Shown: positions 26,712 through 39,793 of the stretch, piece by piece
How positions within the stretch are numbered: position 1 is the stretch's first letter
How the letters are laid out: every line of letters begins with the position of its first letter
Origin: Felis catus
Taxonomy: Eukaryota
DNA length: 64,000 nucleotides
Direction of reading: 5' to 3'
Assembly (NCBI RefSeq): GCF_018350175.1
Contig: NC_058369.1
Span: forward strand, 25,918,001-25,982,000
Notes under the pieces: generated by a model
Database searches by the model: none
The model's input: the letters and a program-made list of their open reading frames with translations, nothing else
What the model was told of the DNA's origin: nothing
Made by a program: the position numbers and the translations under genes

Positions 26712-26935
26712 GGGGCGCCTGGGTGGCGCAGTCAGTTAAGCGTCCGACTTCAGCCAGGTCACGATCTCGCAGTCCGTGAGTTCGAGCCCCGCGTCAGGCT
26801 CTGGGCTGATGGCTCGGAGCCTGGACCCTGTTTCCGATTCTGTGTCTCCCTCTCTCTCTGCCCCTCCCCTGTTCATGCTCTGTCTCTCTCTGTCCCAAAA
26901 ATAAATAAACGTTGAAAAAAAATTTTTTTTTAAAA
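26712..26935 (+). mobile_element. Young felid SINEC_Fc-type element
   Basis: CpG-rich GGGGCGCCTGGGTGGCGCAGTC head; perfect TSD agaaatgcttctttt. Confidence 0.93.
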
Positions 26936-26971
26936 AGAAATGCTTCTTTTAACTTTTTATTTTAGTAAAGT

Positions 26972-27188
26972 ATTTTTTAAATTTTAAGTGTATTTATTTA
27001 TTGAGAGAGAGAGAGAGAGAGAGAGCAAGCATATGAGTGGAGGAGGGGCAGAGAGAGAGGAAGATAATCCCAAGTGGGCTCCACGCTGTCAGCATGGAGT
27101 TCGACATGGGGCTCAGTCTCACAAACCGTGAGATCATGACCTGAGCCGAAATCAAGACTTAAATGCTTAACCGACACCCAGGCACACC
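26972..27188 (-). mobile_element. Can-SINE
   Basis: Antisense body with (GA)n. Confidence 0.88.
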
Positions 27189-27189
27189 T

Positions 27190-28860
27190 TAACTTTTAAT
27201 TTTAATACAGTTTCAGACTTAAAGAAAAGTTATAAGAATAGAACAAAGAATTCCATGTACTCTTCATCCAGATTTCTCCAAATGTTAACATTTCACTGCA
27301 TTTGCTGTTACCACTTTACAGGATTTGATTTATCCATCTCCTTCCCTCCTCCATCCACCTTCCTCTCTCTCCCTGACCAATTGAGAGTAGATTGCAGACC
27401 TGATAGCCTTTACTCCTGAATACTCCAGTGTTTATTTCCTGTTTCTCTTACATAGCCACCATATAACTTTCACAGTTAGGAAAGTAACATTGATATATTA
27501 CATGATCACATTCACAGACCTTATTCACACACATCTTGTCAGTTGTGTCAATAATGTCTTTTATAAAGAAAAATAATGTCATTATAAGAGAATATCTTGA
27601 GTCATACATTGTATTCAGTATCATGTGTCTTTGTTCTCATTTAATCTGGAACAATTCCTCAGTCTTTGTGTTTCGTGACATTGACATTTTTGAAAAGCAC
27701 GGTTATTTGTGCAATGTTCCTCAGTAATAATATTGGACATCATATCAAGTGACAACTGATGTTGAATTGTTCTGTCACTGGTGATGTTAACTTTGTATAC
27801 ATATCCTGTTACTTCTCAACTTTTATCTACTTAGTGGTAGCATCTACTGAGGCTTCTTGCCTGAATCAATTATTACTATAATAGTTGCCAAATAGTAATT
27901 TCCTAATTCTCATTCCTTCTACATTTGTCAGCTGGCTTTCTAATATAAGGAAGAATTTTCTTCTCTTCCCTTCCCCCCCCCCTTCCTTCTTTCTTTCCTT
28001 CCTTTCTTTTTTTTTTTTTTTTTTTTTTTTAATTTTTTTTTTCAACGTTTATTTATTTTTGGGACAGAGAGAGACAGAGCATGAACGGGTGAGGGGCAGA
28101 GAGAGAGGGAGACACAGAATCGGAAACAGGCTCCAGCCTCTGAGCCATCAGCCCAGAGCCTGACGCGGGGCTCGAACTCACGGACTGCGAGATCGTGACC
28201 TGGCTGAAGTCGGACGCTTAACCAACTGCGCCACCCAGGCGCCCCTTTCCTTCCTTTCTTTATTTATATCATTGTGACATCATGGACTAATGTGTTATTC
28301 AGTGGCTTTATAACCTTTCTTTGTCATTATTTATTTTGATGCTCACATTGTCCCATGTTTGGCCAGTGGGAGCCCCTTGTATCTTTTCAACATGAACCAA
28401 CCATTCTTCGAACCCTTTCCTACTTTCTGACCCAAAAGATGTTTTACGTTCATCTTGTACTTTCCTACCCTTAGCAATGAAATCAACAATTTCTCCAAAG
28501 AGCTCTAGTTCTCTTTCAGTGGAGAATAGTATTTAGAAACTAAGATCTGAGTATTTGGTGTGTTCATTGCTTCTAGGCCCACTCAGCAGACATTTAAGAA
28601 ATAGATGTACACATATACTTATGCCCACACATATGTGTATGTGTATATATACAGCCTCATGTACCTGTATTTATTTCTACATCTACATTTGTCTACACAT
28701 TCAGATCTATTTGAGTTCATACTCTAATTCGTACCCTATACCACAGGATTAATTTGGTCTTCCCTGTTTCCATATCTTTAATTCTATTCTCCAACGCTGA
28801 GAAACCTGGCTCTCTTTATCTACAGTATTTATTTGATCACTTTTAGAATATACAAAAAGC
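27190..28860 (-). mobile_element. Old L1M 3'UTR-type remnant interrupted by a young antisense SINEC_Fc (28008-28245)
   Basis: tttcagacttaaagaaaagttataagaatagaacaaagaattcc... is L1MC/MD-like; SINE TSD tttccttcctttcttt. Confidence 0.7.
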
Positions 28861-28948
28861 AGTTTCAGAGGTACTAATCAGTGCTTCTGTGGAAGAGAAG
28901 TCTACGTATAGATTTGTTTGTTCTTGGTTATCAAATTATTAAGATGAA

Positions 28949-29248
28949 CAGTAGTTCTCAACGTGGAGCAGTTTTATCCCCAGAGGGACATTTGGCAATA
29001 TATGGAAACGTTTTGGTTATTACAACTCAGAAGGAATGCTACTGGCATCTAATGAGTAGGGACCAGGGAAACTACTAAACATCTCATAATTGGCAGCTCT
29101 TTCTGCCCATGGATCCTGTCCCTGTGCCTTAATAAAATCACCTTTTTGCACCAAAAAACAAAAGAAAACAAAAACCCATGTCACAATCCACAGGACAGCC
29201 TCCTGAATAAAGAATTATTCAGCCCCAAATGTCAAAAGGGCTAAGTTA
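28949..29248 (+). mobile_element. MER20 (hAT-Charlie) carrying a ~90-bp poly(A)-tailed insertion
   Basis: cagtagttctcaac...gggacatttggcaat...tgctactggcatcta...caggacagcc...aaagaattattcagccccaaatgtcaa matches MER20 as recalled. Confidence 0.85.
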
Positions 29249-29270
29249 AAAAAAAAAAAAAACACAAACA

Positions 29271-29955
29271 GTGGCACCTGGTTGGCTCAGTTGGTTGAGC
29301 ATCCGGCTCTTGATTGTGGCTCAGGTCATGATCTCACAGTTCCTGGCATAGAGCCCCACGTTGGGCTGTGGAGCCTGTTTGGAATTCTGTCTCTCCTTCT
29401 CTGTCTGCCCCTCCTCCTCCCTCTCTTTCTCTCTTTCTCTCTCTCAAAATAAATAAAATATAACTTAGGGGTGCCAGGGTGGCTCAGTCAGTTAAACATC
29501 CAACTTCGGCTCTGGTCATGATCTCACAGTTCCTGAGTTCGAGCCCCATGTTGGGCTTGCTGCTGTCAGTGCAGGGCTCACTTCAGATCCCCTGTCTCCC
29601 TCTCTCTCTGCCCCTTCCCCACTCTTGTGTGCTCTATCTCTCTCAAATAAACATTTGAAAAATAAATAAATAAACTGGGGCGCCTGGGTGGCTCAGTCGG
29701 TTAAGCATCCAACTTCAGCTCAGGTCATGATCTCATAGTTCGTGGGTTCGAGCCCCATATTGGGCTCTGTGCTGACAGCTTGGAGCCTGGAACCTACTTT
29801 GGATTCTTTGTCCCCTTCACTCTCTGCCTCCCCCCATCTCGTGTGTGTGTGTGTGTATGTGTGTGTGCGCACGCGCGCACATGCACACTCTCAAAAATAA
29901 ATATTAAAAACTTTTTCTTAAGATAAAAAATAGATAAATAAAAATAAAATTAAAA
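29271..29955 (+). mobile_element. Three head-to-tail Can-SINEs (starts 29271, 29468, 29677)
   Basis: Three consecutive heads, each starting in the A-tail of the previous copy. Confidence 0.9.
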
Positions 29956-30455
29956 CACACACACAGAGAACCAAGAAATTATCCACTGAAGGATTTTATG
30001 TAATTTTTGGTGTGGTTTGTTTTTTTGTTTGTTTGTTTGTTTTTTGTTTTGTTTTGGTTTTTTTTTGCTAACCCACTTGAAAATAAGGTGCAGGCATCAT
30101 GACACATCCCTCCTAAATACTCCTGACAATAACGACATTGTCCTACATAATGACAAATCCAGAGATGGGCAGCTGGGACTTTTGCAGACTCTAATGTGTG
30201 GTGTTAGAAGAGAAATTTTGTAGTTGCTGTGACAGTGCTCCTGCCAACTGGAAAATCTCTCTCTGTTTACATGCCTCCCTCTTTACCAAGAGACCATTTG
30301 AAGGAAGAATTGATAGGTTGACTAGAATAAATGAAACCAAGCTCAAAATTACTTTTCCCTGCAGGAAAAAGTAGGATATAGTCTAGGAGTATGAAAATAT
30401 GGGTATGTAACATCTAAGACCAGCTGTAATCATATTGTAAACTTTTATTTTTAGC

Positions 30456-30886
30456 TTTTTTTTTTTAAGATTTTATTTTTAAGTAATCTCTATACCCAAC
30501 CTGGGGCTCAAACTTACAACCCCCATGCTTTACCAACCAAGCCAGCTAGGTGCCCCTCTTGGCTCTTTTTTTAGTAGTTATGCCTGAGCTACTTGTAAGC
30601 CAAAGTAATAGTCAAATAGAATGCACTAGAAGAATATGGTCTAACTGATAATATACTTATTTTAGGCAGTGTTCAATAGCAGAAAATTTTGGGGCACCTG
30701 GGTGACTCAGTCAGTTAAAGCATCCAACTCTTGATTTCAGCTCAAGTTACGATCCCAGGATCGTGAGATTGAGCCCTGTTTTGGGTTCTGCTCTGACAGC
30801 ACAGAGCCTGCTTGGGATTCTCTCTCTGCTCCTCTTCATTCACACTCATGTGCTTTCTCTCTCTCTCTGTCTCTATCTCTGTCTCT

Positions 30887-30960
<74 letters not shown>

Positions 30961-30990
30961 CAAATAAATAAACTTTTAAAAAATTGCAAA
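30456..30990. mobile_element. Short antisense Can-SINE (30456-30556) and sense Can-SINE (30691-30990) with (CT)n(CA)n
   Basis: Recognisable heads and tails. Confidence 0.85.
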
Positions 30991-31642
30991 AAATTTTAAT
31001 ATGGTAAAAGATGAGCAGAGTGACAGGAGGAAAGACATTAAAGGACGGGACATATTTGAGACGTAATGCTGGATCTAATTTATTTTGATAAAATCATTTA
31101 GATTACATCATTTAATTATTGAGCAGGTATTTGTTGTGTGTGTAGCATTGGGGAAATACTGATGACAAAGTGAGAATGGTGGAGATTTCTTATGTTTCCC
31201 ACAACTGGGGAAATAATGCTAAAATACTTTTTCTTGAAGAAAAGTTTGTTTTTGTTTTCCATTTCCAGTTCCAAGTGAAATTTTACTGACTTGTTATCAA
31301 GCAATTTCAAAATAAAGAAGACTGGCATTATGCCCATCTTACTGAATGTCAAGCCTTACATGAGCTCTACATGAGTGAAATGTATAACTTAGTATATATT
31401 AATATGTTTTATAATACCATTGCTATGAATTACTAATATATATTTAACTGTACTTGTGTTCTTTGTCCAGGGCAAAATGACTAAAATGCTTAATATAATT
31501 TGCTTCTAAATTTTACTTAACTTAGTTGTGCTATGTTCTTTAACTGTGCATGTCTAAACATGAAAGAGATGGCTAATACGTGGATGTAGAGGTTATAGTG
31601 TGATACTGACTCTTGCTTTTAAAATAAACATATTTTTGTCAG

Positions 31643-31765
31643 ATGACTTGCAGGGCGCACAGTCAGAAATTGAGGCAAAACAAGAAATTCAGCATCTGCG
31701 CAAGGAATTGATTGAAGCCCAGGAACTAGCTAGAGCAAGTAAACAAAAATGCTTTGAACTTCAAG
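31643..31765 (+). CDS. SLMAP: SLMAP coding exon, 123 nt, phase 1-1: DDLQGAQSEIEAKQEIQHLRKELIEAQELARASKQKCFELQ
   Basis: Acceptor tttttgtcag|, donor aag|gtgaga; coiled-coil composition; ORF 31600..31794. Confidence 0.95.
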
Positions 31766-32818
31766 GTGAGATCAAGATTACTTTGATTCTTTAGGGGACG
31801 TGGAAGCAATGTGATATCACTGAATCCAGAGGCGTGGTATCTTGTTCCAGACCCACAGTGTTATTGGATATGTGATCTTGGAACATTCACTTACCCTCCC
31901 TGAACTGGTATTTCAGATCAATAAAGTGGGGAGAGTCCCAGTTGCTCTACTTCGTTCACATTGTTGATGTGAAGATCAAGAAGGATCTGTACCAATAAAA
32001 GATCTTAACAGTTGATTATATATTAAGTACAACAAAAGGAAAAAACATCATGTATTTCACTTTCAAAGTTTTAGTTACACCTAATGTTGGCTCCTCAGTA
32101 GAAGATGAGGGAAGTTTACATTCCCTGTGATTTTATAGCATATTCTTCAGTAAATGGGAGGAACCAGGCAAGATAAAAGTATAGAATCTCTCGCTGTGTC
32201 CCAACCACTTTCTTTTCTAGTAGTTTACTTATCCATAGTGTCATAGGCTGGTGGAGTCATAACTGTTATTCTCCAGAGCTTACATTTCCATATCTTTCGC
32301 AATAACTACCTAGTTGCAGTCACTAGTATCTTAGAAAGTCTTAGCAAAACAAAGAGAAAATAAGTGGCCTGTGGAGTCCTCATTGTTCTCTAAGATGGCC
32401 TTCCTGATCTGGAGGATGATTCACATCCCCAGGAGGAACTCAGAACTTTCTGTTAGTCAGTACTTAACTTACCAAGTGCTTGACGGTAAACATAAGGGTT
32501 TTAAGTTTGTTTTTAAAACTTAAGCTCAAAAATGCTGATTAACAACTAGCAAGAATGCTTCTCATGTAAAAAATAGCACATATTATCTTGTTGATACAAG
32601 GTCTAGAAAACTCTGCTATTCAATTGAATAGACTTATTACTACTCTTTTGTGCTCCTAAAATCTTTAAACTATCTAACAGCTAATACTGATAATACTTAC
32701 TCCTTAGCTTTTGTTTCCTTCTTAGAAACAAAATTTAATTTCTTAGAAATTTCCAGCTGCTCAATTCGGAATACTTCCATTAACTCACAAAATTAGATAT
32801 ACTGTATTTTATTTTTAG

Positions 32819-32893
32819 CTCTTTTGGAAGAAGAAAGAAAAGCCTATCGAAATCAAGTTGAGGAGTCCAGTAAACAAATACAGGTTCTTCAAG
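32819..32893 (+). CDS. SLMAP: SLMAP coding exon, 75 nt, phase 1-1: ALLEEERKAYRNQVEESSKQIQVLQ
   Basis: Acceptor tattttatttttag|, donor aag|gtatgg; ORF 32824..33084. Confidence 0.95.
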
Positions 32894-35068
32894 GTATGGA
32901 ACACCTCGGGGCTATTAGGGTTTATTATGGTTTGTTAGTAGTGATTCAAAAGGAATGGAAAGTAAGAGTTGGGAGGATTCCCATTTTTCATGTCTTTGGT
33001 TTGTCCCTAGAATCTGAGACTATAATTAGACCTCTGGGTAGGCTTTTTTTTTTTTTTAAGAAGATACAAGAGAAGATCCCCTAGTACTCCAATAGTAGAT
33101 ACTTCGATTGGGAAGAACATAGGTGAAGACATGGGTTTGGTAAAACTGTCACTTTCAGGGTTATGTAGTGAGTTACTACACAGGGGGCCTTTGGACAGGA
33201 CACCAATTTGAACTGCTCTGTGCATCAGCACTTCTAGCTTGATGACATCATTTCTAATACACATAACACACTTGCATTACAACAAAAATTATATATCACA
33301 TGGAAGAGCACAATGATCCCTGCCCTGCCTTCATTGGTAGAAGCTGTTCTTCATAGCCACCATTTTGCTTTCTCTTTGTGTGGGCTATCCAGAAATGACC
33401 AGAAAGATCCCTGCCTGCCAAAGGTTTTCTTCTAACCAGAGTTCCTGTTACTGTTAGGTTCTAATTGTGAGAGCCCTAGGAGAAACCTTTCTTTCCCCAA
33501 CTATTGTAAAATTCCTAAAGCAAAATTAATTTGTCTTCACTGTCAAAGAAAGAACTAATGTTATTTTAAAGTTTTAGTTTGAGATGTAGGGTCAGAAGAA
33601 ATTAAATAGTCAAGCAATCTCAGTTCAGAAAAAAAAGGAAATCACTGTCTGAGGCCTGTGATATTTGCCCTAAAATATCCCTGATAAAAAGCAGTCTTCT
33701 GGGTTTTATTTTTGAGTGGGAATTTGAGTTATTTAAAAATTTAAGTTTTATTATGGTCAAGTTATAATTTCTGGGATAGATTGTATATTTTTTTGAATAG
33801 AAAATTCTTTAAGCTCATTATAATTTAATGTTTTTATCCATTAGCTTATATAAATCTGATTTCAATCTATATTTCCATTCTGTACTGTATATGGGCAATT
33901 TTCCCTAAAGATTCTATAACTAGGGCTGCCTTTTGGCTTAAAGTTGTCTTACCTAGTCATCATTGAGTGCCCCCTAGTGCCAGTATGTGTATTTCATGAC
34001 TTCATCCGCAAGCGTATGGTCCTGTTCATCTCTGGCCATTATGTCTTTTCAGATTTTGAACCTGTTAACCTCTCAATGCTTCCTGCAAACTTTTTAAAAG
34101 GCCTAATTTTTTTAATGCTTATTTATGGAGCAGCCTTACCCTTTCTCAGCCTTTCTTCTTAATTATTCTTCTTTTCTACCCTAAGGAATTTTTCTACCTA
34201 TAGTTTTCTTGTGTTATAGTAACCAAGACTAGTTTTCTAGTTCTGAACCAAGTATTTTATACAGATTGTTTCCAGTTCAAGTCTTGAGGGCACAAGACTA
34301 AATCTTAAGGATACACCTCCTTGATTAGGCAAGCATTCATTAATGTTGTCAGTTCATTAATTCAACCAATAATTCTTGGTTGTTTGCTAGTACTGAGGAT
34401 AGAGTATGCAAGAGATGTACAGTCAGTGGAAAAGATAAACAGTAAGCAAATATATAATGTGATATCCAATAAAGGCAGAGTAGTAGGCTAGAGAATGAGA
34501 GGGCTATTTTTAGATAAGGCATCAGAGAAAGCTTCTTTAAGGAATTGATATTTGACAGAAAATTGAATCAAGAACATCAAACTAATGCATACCATCTGAC
34601 CAAGCAATTCTGTGTTTAGGAATTCGCTCTAAGAAAAAAATCAGGCTTGCGTTATAAGCAGTATTTTTTATAGTAATTAAAAACTGAACAGCCTAAAATA
34701 TTTAAAATAAAGGATTAGTCAAAGAAGTCACAGTGTAACTTTTTTGTTATTAAAAGATATTCATCACCAATAGGATAGAGAACACCATATATGTTAGAAT
34801 CCCTCTCTGTTTTTGCTTTTATATGTGTATAATTACATATAAAAAATCCAGAAGAATAAATACCAAATGTCAGAAGCAACTTTCTCTGTGTGAGAGAAAT
34901 AAAAAGATCACTTTGGTTTTTTTACTCTCTGTATTTCTGTATTTTGACATTTCTGCATTAAACATGGATTGCTTGTATAGTTTGTGATAACTACAGTCTT
35001 ATTTGGGCAGTTCATTTATTTGTAATTGCTTTGGACATAGAAAATGACAGATAAATATCCTTTTGTAG

Positions 35069-35389
35069 CCCAACTACAGAGGTTACACATCAATATTGAG
35101 AATCTCCGGGAGGAGAAGGACAGTGAAATCACAAGCACTCGAGATGAACTGCTTAGTGCCCGGGATGAAATTTTACTCCTTCATCAAGCAGCAGAAAAGG
35201 CTGCCTGTGAGCGGGACACTGACATTGCCTCATTACAAGAAGAGCTTAAGAAGGTGCGAGCTGAGCTTGAGCGGTGGCGGAAAGCAGCGTCTGAATATGA
35301 GAAAGAAATCACAAGTCTACAAAATAGTTTTCAGCTTCGATGTCAGCAGTGTGAGGACCAGCAGAGAGAGGAAGCAACAAGGCTACAAA
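35069..35389 (+). CDS. SLMAP: SLMAP coding exon, 321 nt, phase 1-1: AQLQRLHINIENLREEKD...QQREEATRLQ (coiled coil)
   Basis: Acceptor ccttttgtag|, donor aaa|gtgagt; ORF 35044..35412. Confidence 0.96.
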
Positions 35390-35820
35390 GTGAGTACACG
35401 TATTTTACATAAAACTCTTAATTCTTGACAGTGATAATTTGCACAAAATAACCATTTGGACCATTTTCTCTTTAGTCCAACAACTTGGACTAAAAACTAT
35501 AAAGCGATGTTTTTATATTGGGGCTATAAAAATTCTCCAGGTCTGCAAGTTCTACAATAAATTGACATTTTTTAAAATATTTTATTTAAATACTATTAGA
35601 ATTATTTGCCATATAAAAGTGAATGGGAACAAAATATTACTGAAGTTCAAGGTGATGGGACTTACCTGAGGTATAGATGCAAAATAAACAGGAATCAAAA
35701 AATAGCCATGTATTTGGTGGGGGGAAAGGTATGTTTTTCTCTGAAATATTTCCCTTATCCTCTGAATTATTATGGAAATTATGTTCCTATATTAATGAAT
35801 ACGTTTTGGGACTATTTTAG

Positions 35821-35938
35821 GTGAACTAGAGAAGTTGAGAAAGGAATGGAATGTATTGGAAACCGAATGCCATTCTCTAAAAAAGGAAAATGTTTTGTTA
35901 TCATCAGAACTGCAGCGACAAGAAAAAGAATTGCACAA
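35821..35938 (+). CDS. SLMAP: SLMAP coding exon, 118 nt, phase 1-2: SELEKLRKEWNVLETECHSLKKENVLLSSELQRQEKELH(N), leucine-zipper-like
   Basis: Acceptor actattttag|, donor caa|gtacgc; in frame with neighbours. Confidence 0.95.
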
Positions 35939-36554
35939 GTACGCAAGAACTCTTTTTTAGCTTCAAAATATTTCTTTATCTTAAATTTTCATCTAAATTA
36001 AATTTAAATTTTATACTTAAATACCTTTTGGGAGCAATGTTCAGCCAGACTCTTTTTGGCTATTTGACAAGTTATGCACACTAACTGAATACTTCAGCAG
36101 TGTTTTATTTTTACTTCTACCTTCATCCTACATGTCCTTTCCTTTTGGTGCACTCAAGGAATATATATTCATGGAATACAACTCCCCATACAGAGCCCTG
36201 AACAAGCAAACAGCAAAGATGTATAATCAGTGATTGAATTTGTCCTATAAACTAAGTGATAAAAATTTCAAATACAAGTTGTTTTTCTTTCATACCAATG
36301 ATCCCTTCTGTTAGTAAGGGTGATCAGAAGATTACTATAATAAAGAATTTGTAAGATTGAAAGATACAAATTCAGCTTTTGAATTTCACAGTTAGTTATA
36401 TAAAGAGTAATGATATATAAGATCAATTATGGCTTTCTAATATCCAGTACCTTACAAACAAACCAACGAAGGCAATAAATTTATTCCAGCAAATTTAGTG
36501 GACTCCTGCTTCCCCACCAACATTTGATGTATAGTTTAAAGTTAATTTCTTCCT

Positions 36555-37307
36555 GGGGCTCCTAGATGGCTCAGTCAGTTAAGCGTCTGACTTCCGCTCA
36601 GGTCATGATCTCACGGTTCGTGGGTTCGAGCCCTGTGTCAGGCTCTGTGCAGACAACTCAGAGCCTAGAGCCTGCTTAGGATTCTGTATCTCCCTCTCTC
36701 TCTACCCCTCCACCACTTGTGCTCTGGCTCTCATAAATGAATAAACATTTAAAAAAATTAAAATCAAGCTCTTAAAAATTTGATCCATTCCATATTTTTT
36801 TTTTTAATTTTTTTTTTCAACGTTTATTTATTTTTGGGACAGAGAGAGACAGAGCATGAACGGGGAAGGGCCAGAGAGAGAGGGAGACACAGAATTGGAA
36901 ACAGGCTCCAGGCTCTGAGCCATCGGCCCAGAGCCTGACGTGGGGCTCGAACTCACGGACCGCGAGATCGTGACCTGGCTGAAGTTGGACGCTTAACCGA
37001 CTGCACCACCCAGGCGCCCCGATCCATTCCATATTTTTATTTAAACAATTTTATGTTCTAATTCAGAATGCGAAAGTAGTACATGTTTACTACATTAAAA
37101 AAATTTTAATGTTTATTTTTTGAGAGAGAGACAGACATAGAGTGCAAGTGGGGGAGGGACAAGAGAGAGGGAGACACAGAATCTGAAGCAGGATCCAGGC
37201 TCCCAGCTGTCAGCACAGAGCCCAATGCAGGGCTTGAACCCACGAACCATGAGATCATGATTTGAGCTGAACCGGACGCTTAACCGGCTGAGCCACCGAG
37301 GTGCCCC
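36555..37307. mobile_element. Can-SINE cluster: + 36555-36763, young - 36796-37020, - 37104-37307
   Basis: TSD gatccattccatattttt around the young copy. Confidence 0.9.
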
Positions 37308-38028
37308 TGTACATGTTTATTATTGAAGTTACTCTTAATTAATCCATCTCCCTCCCCACAATACACCATAAATGGGAGTCCTTACTCTCCTGTTAACCTT
37401 GTGTTTATATCCTCAAGAGCATCAAGGTTAGCAAAAACATAGTGATCAAGGTAAGTTCCCATAAAAATAAGCTTTAGGGGAAAACAATAAAGAAAGGACT
37501 AGATATATCAGAAAATGGTAAGCCTCATCTGCTCATAAAGAGTAGCAATTGCAGTAGATTATACATTTTGAAAAATCAAGAACGATTGAAGGAACAAGAT
37601 GTGTAGATTTATTCTGTAAGATGGCTTCTTACAATACCATGTGTTATCAATACTATAAAACTTCTTTCTCTTTCAGTGTCCTATCTTTCCAGTCTTTTGT
37701 ACATCTGTGCAATACACATTTATGTGTTATACTTTTTAAATGTTCAGAGATAATTAATAACAAAGAATAAATATGTTTGTAACATCTAAAATTTTGTAAA
37801 AACAGTTCCAGAATCTGAACAGGACAAAATAAAGGCCCAGACACAACTATACACATGTGAATGTTTATGTATGTACCAACTGATGTTTGTGTTAACAGCA
37901 CATTTGGGCAAGTTGTTTGGTATAAAGTGATTGTAAGGGAGGCAGACACACTCAAATTCTTTATATTTGGAATCTTAGTGAATCCATTTAGTTTGGTATT
38001 CTATCATAAGCAAGAAATACTTATCTTT

Positions 38029-38156
38029 GGGGTGCCTGGTTGGCTCAGTTGGTTAAGCATCCAAATCTTGATCTCAATTCAGGTCCTGCCCCTGATGTTG
38101 GGTTCTACATTAGGAGTGAAGACTACTCAAAAAAAAAAAAAAAGAAAAGAAAAGAG
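38029..38156 (+). mobile_element. Short Can-SINE
   Basis: TSD aagaaatacttatcttt/aagaaatactgatcttt. Confidence 0.85.
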
Positions 38157-39621
38157 AAGAAATACTGATCTTTGATTACTAATATTGATTATCTGAAATT
38201 GTTCCTGCTTTGGGATTATTGATATTTTAAAGATTTAAACTTGATCCCTCATTCTTAAGATGTAATTAATCGGAATCTGGCAGATTTTTAAGTGCTGTTT
38301 TTTAAATTACTTCAAATTTTGTTGAAGCATCGAAAAGCAACAAACTCCTTATGAGTTAGAAACATACATCTTATAAAAATATTAGGTCCCAGAAGGGTGG
38401 AATATATTATATCATTAGTCAAGGTTGTCTGCCTAAAGTCACAAACTATTTAAGACAAATTAATTCTGTTTCTTAAGCTTTTCTGGTTTAGTGGCCCTCT
38501 CAATTTATTTGGTAAGCCACCTCAGCATTTAAGGCGCGTTTAGAAGTTAAGTCTTTCTTTACAGAGTCTTCTATGTCATTTAGTTCCTAGCTAGATTGGG
38601 CTGACATCACACTCGCCCCTAAGAATTGGCCTGGCATACAATCAGAATGGGACTTACGCTCCATAGTGCCTTGGTTGATAATATTGAGCCTGAATCTTAT
38701 GATCCATTCTGAGAAGCATAAAACTGTCATTTTGAAAACTTTATTCTTCTTTAGCTATTTCTGTTGTAAATGGGAGCCACATTCTTTCAAACAGCTACAC
38801 TATTTAGGTCTTTTGTTTTTTGTGATGCACAAGGAATTGAACAAAGAATTTCTGTTCATGCCTATCAAGCTGTTTTTGTAGTGTGTAAATTGGATTTTTT
38901 TACATCAAGTTATAAAAGTAATTATAGAATTTAAGCCGGAAAACAACCTCCAAAATTATTGAGTTCAATCTTCTTATTTGACGATGGAGGGCACTGAGAC
39001 TCTCCTTGTGTTATTTGTGTCTGTGTAACATGGTGCCTGGCACAGATCTAAGAGCTTAGGAAATGCTTGCTCAGAGAAGTAAACTGCACCAATTAAGTGA
39101 CTTGCTCAACATCTTACAACTTAATAGTGGCAGAGCTAGGGTCTAGAACCCAGCCTCCTGGTTCTTTGTTTCATGCTTTCTCCCCAATTTGGTGTGTCTT
39201 TTTTCTTTACTTGAATTGACAGTGGCTCCTAAGCTTTAAGTTTCTATTTGTCCAGTACTTAAGTAAATAAATAGTTGAAAAGTGTGCTATTTTCCTGGGG
39301 AAGCCCCACAGTGTATCTTTTCATAATACAATTAATATAACGTGATGTAACAAAACATGCAGTTAGTCACCTCCTACTTCTACTTTCAAGATTTCAGCCT
39401 CTGAGTATATTTGATAATCTGAAAATAGAACACAGCTTTAAACATGCAATTTTTTAGTGTATAATGCTTTTTATTTATTGAATGTATCTTACTATTTTTT
39501 ATGTACTTTTTCCTCCTCTGAAATTTACTCCATCCCTCCTAGTGAAATGTATAAGAAATTGGACTTCCTGCTATGTCTAGTTTCTACATGAATTGAATAA
39601 CTGTTAATATTTATGTTGCAG

Positions 39622-39793
39622 TTCTCAGAAGCAGAGTTTAGAGCTTACCAGTGATCTCAGCATCCTTCAGATGACTAGGAAAGAGCTTGAGAATCAAGTG
39701 GGATCTTTGAAAGAACAGCATCTTCGGGATTCAGCTGATTTAAAAACTCTTCTCAGTAAGGCTGAAAACCAAGCAAAGGATGTACAGAAAGAG
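39622..39793 (+). CDS. SLMAP: SLMAP coding exon, 172 nt, phase 2-0: SQKQSLELTSDLSILQMTRKELENQVGSLKEQHLRDSADLKTLLSKAENQAKDVQKE
   Basis: Acceptor tttatgttgcag|, donor gag|gtaaag; ORF 39671..39871. Confidence 0.96.

Noticed and set aside
26712..26800. tRNA gene-like A/B boxes
   Set aside because: These are the tRNA-derived heads of Can-SINEs, followed by CT linker, A tail and TSD.
34504..34513. Perfect MEF2 site CTATTTTTAG
   Set aside because: Isolated, within a probable L2 remnant, with no companion motifs noticed.
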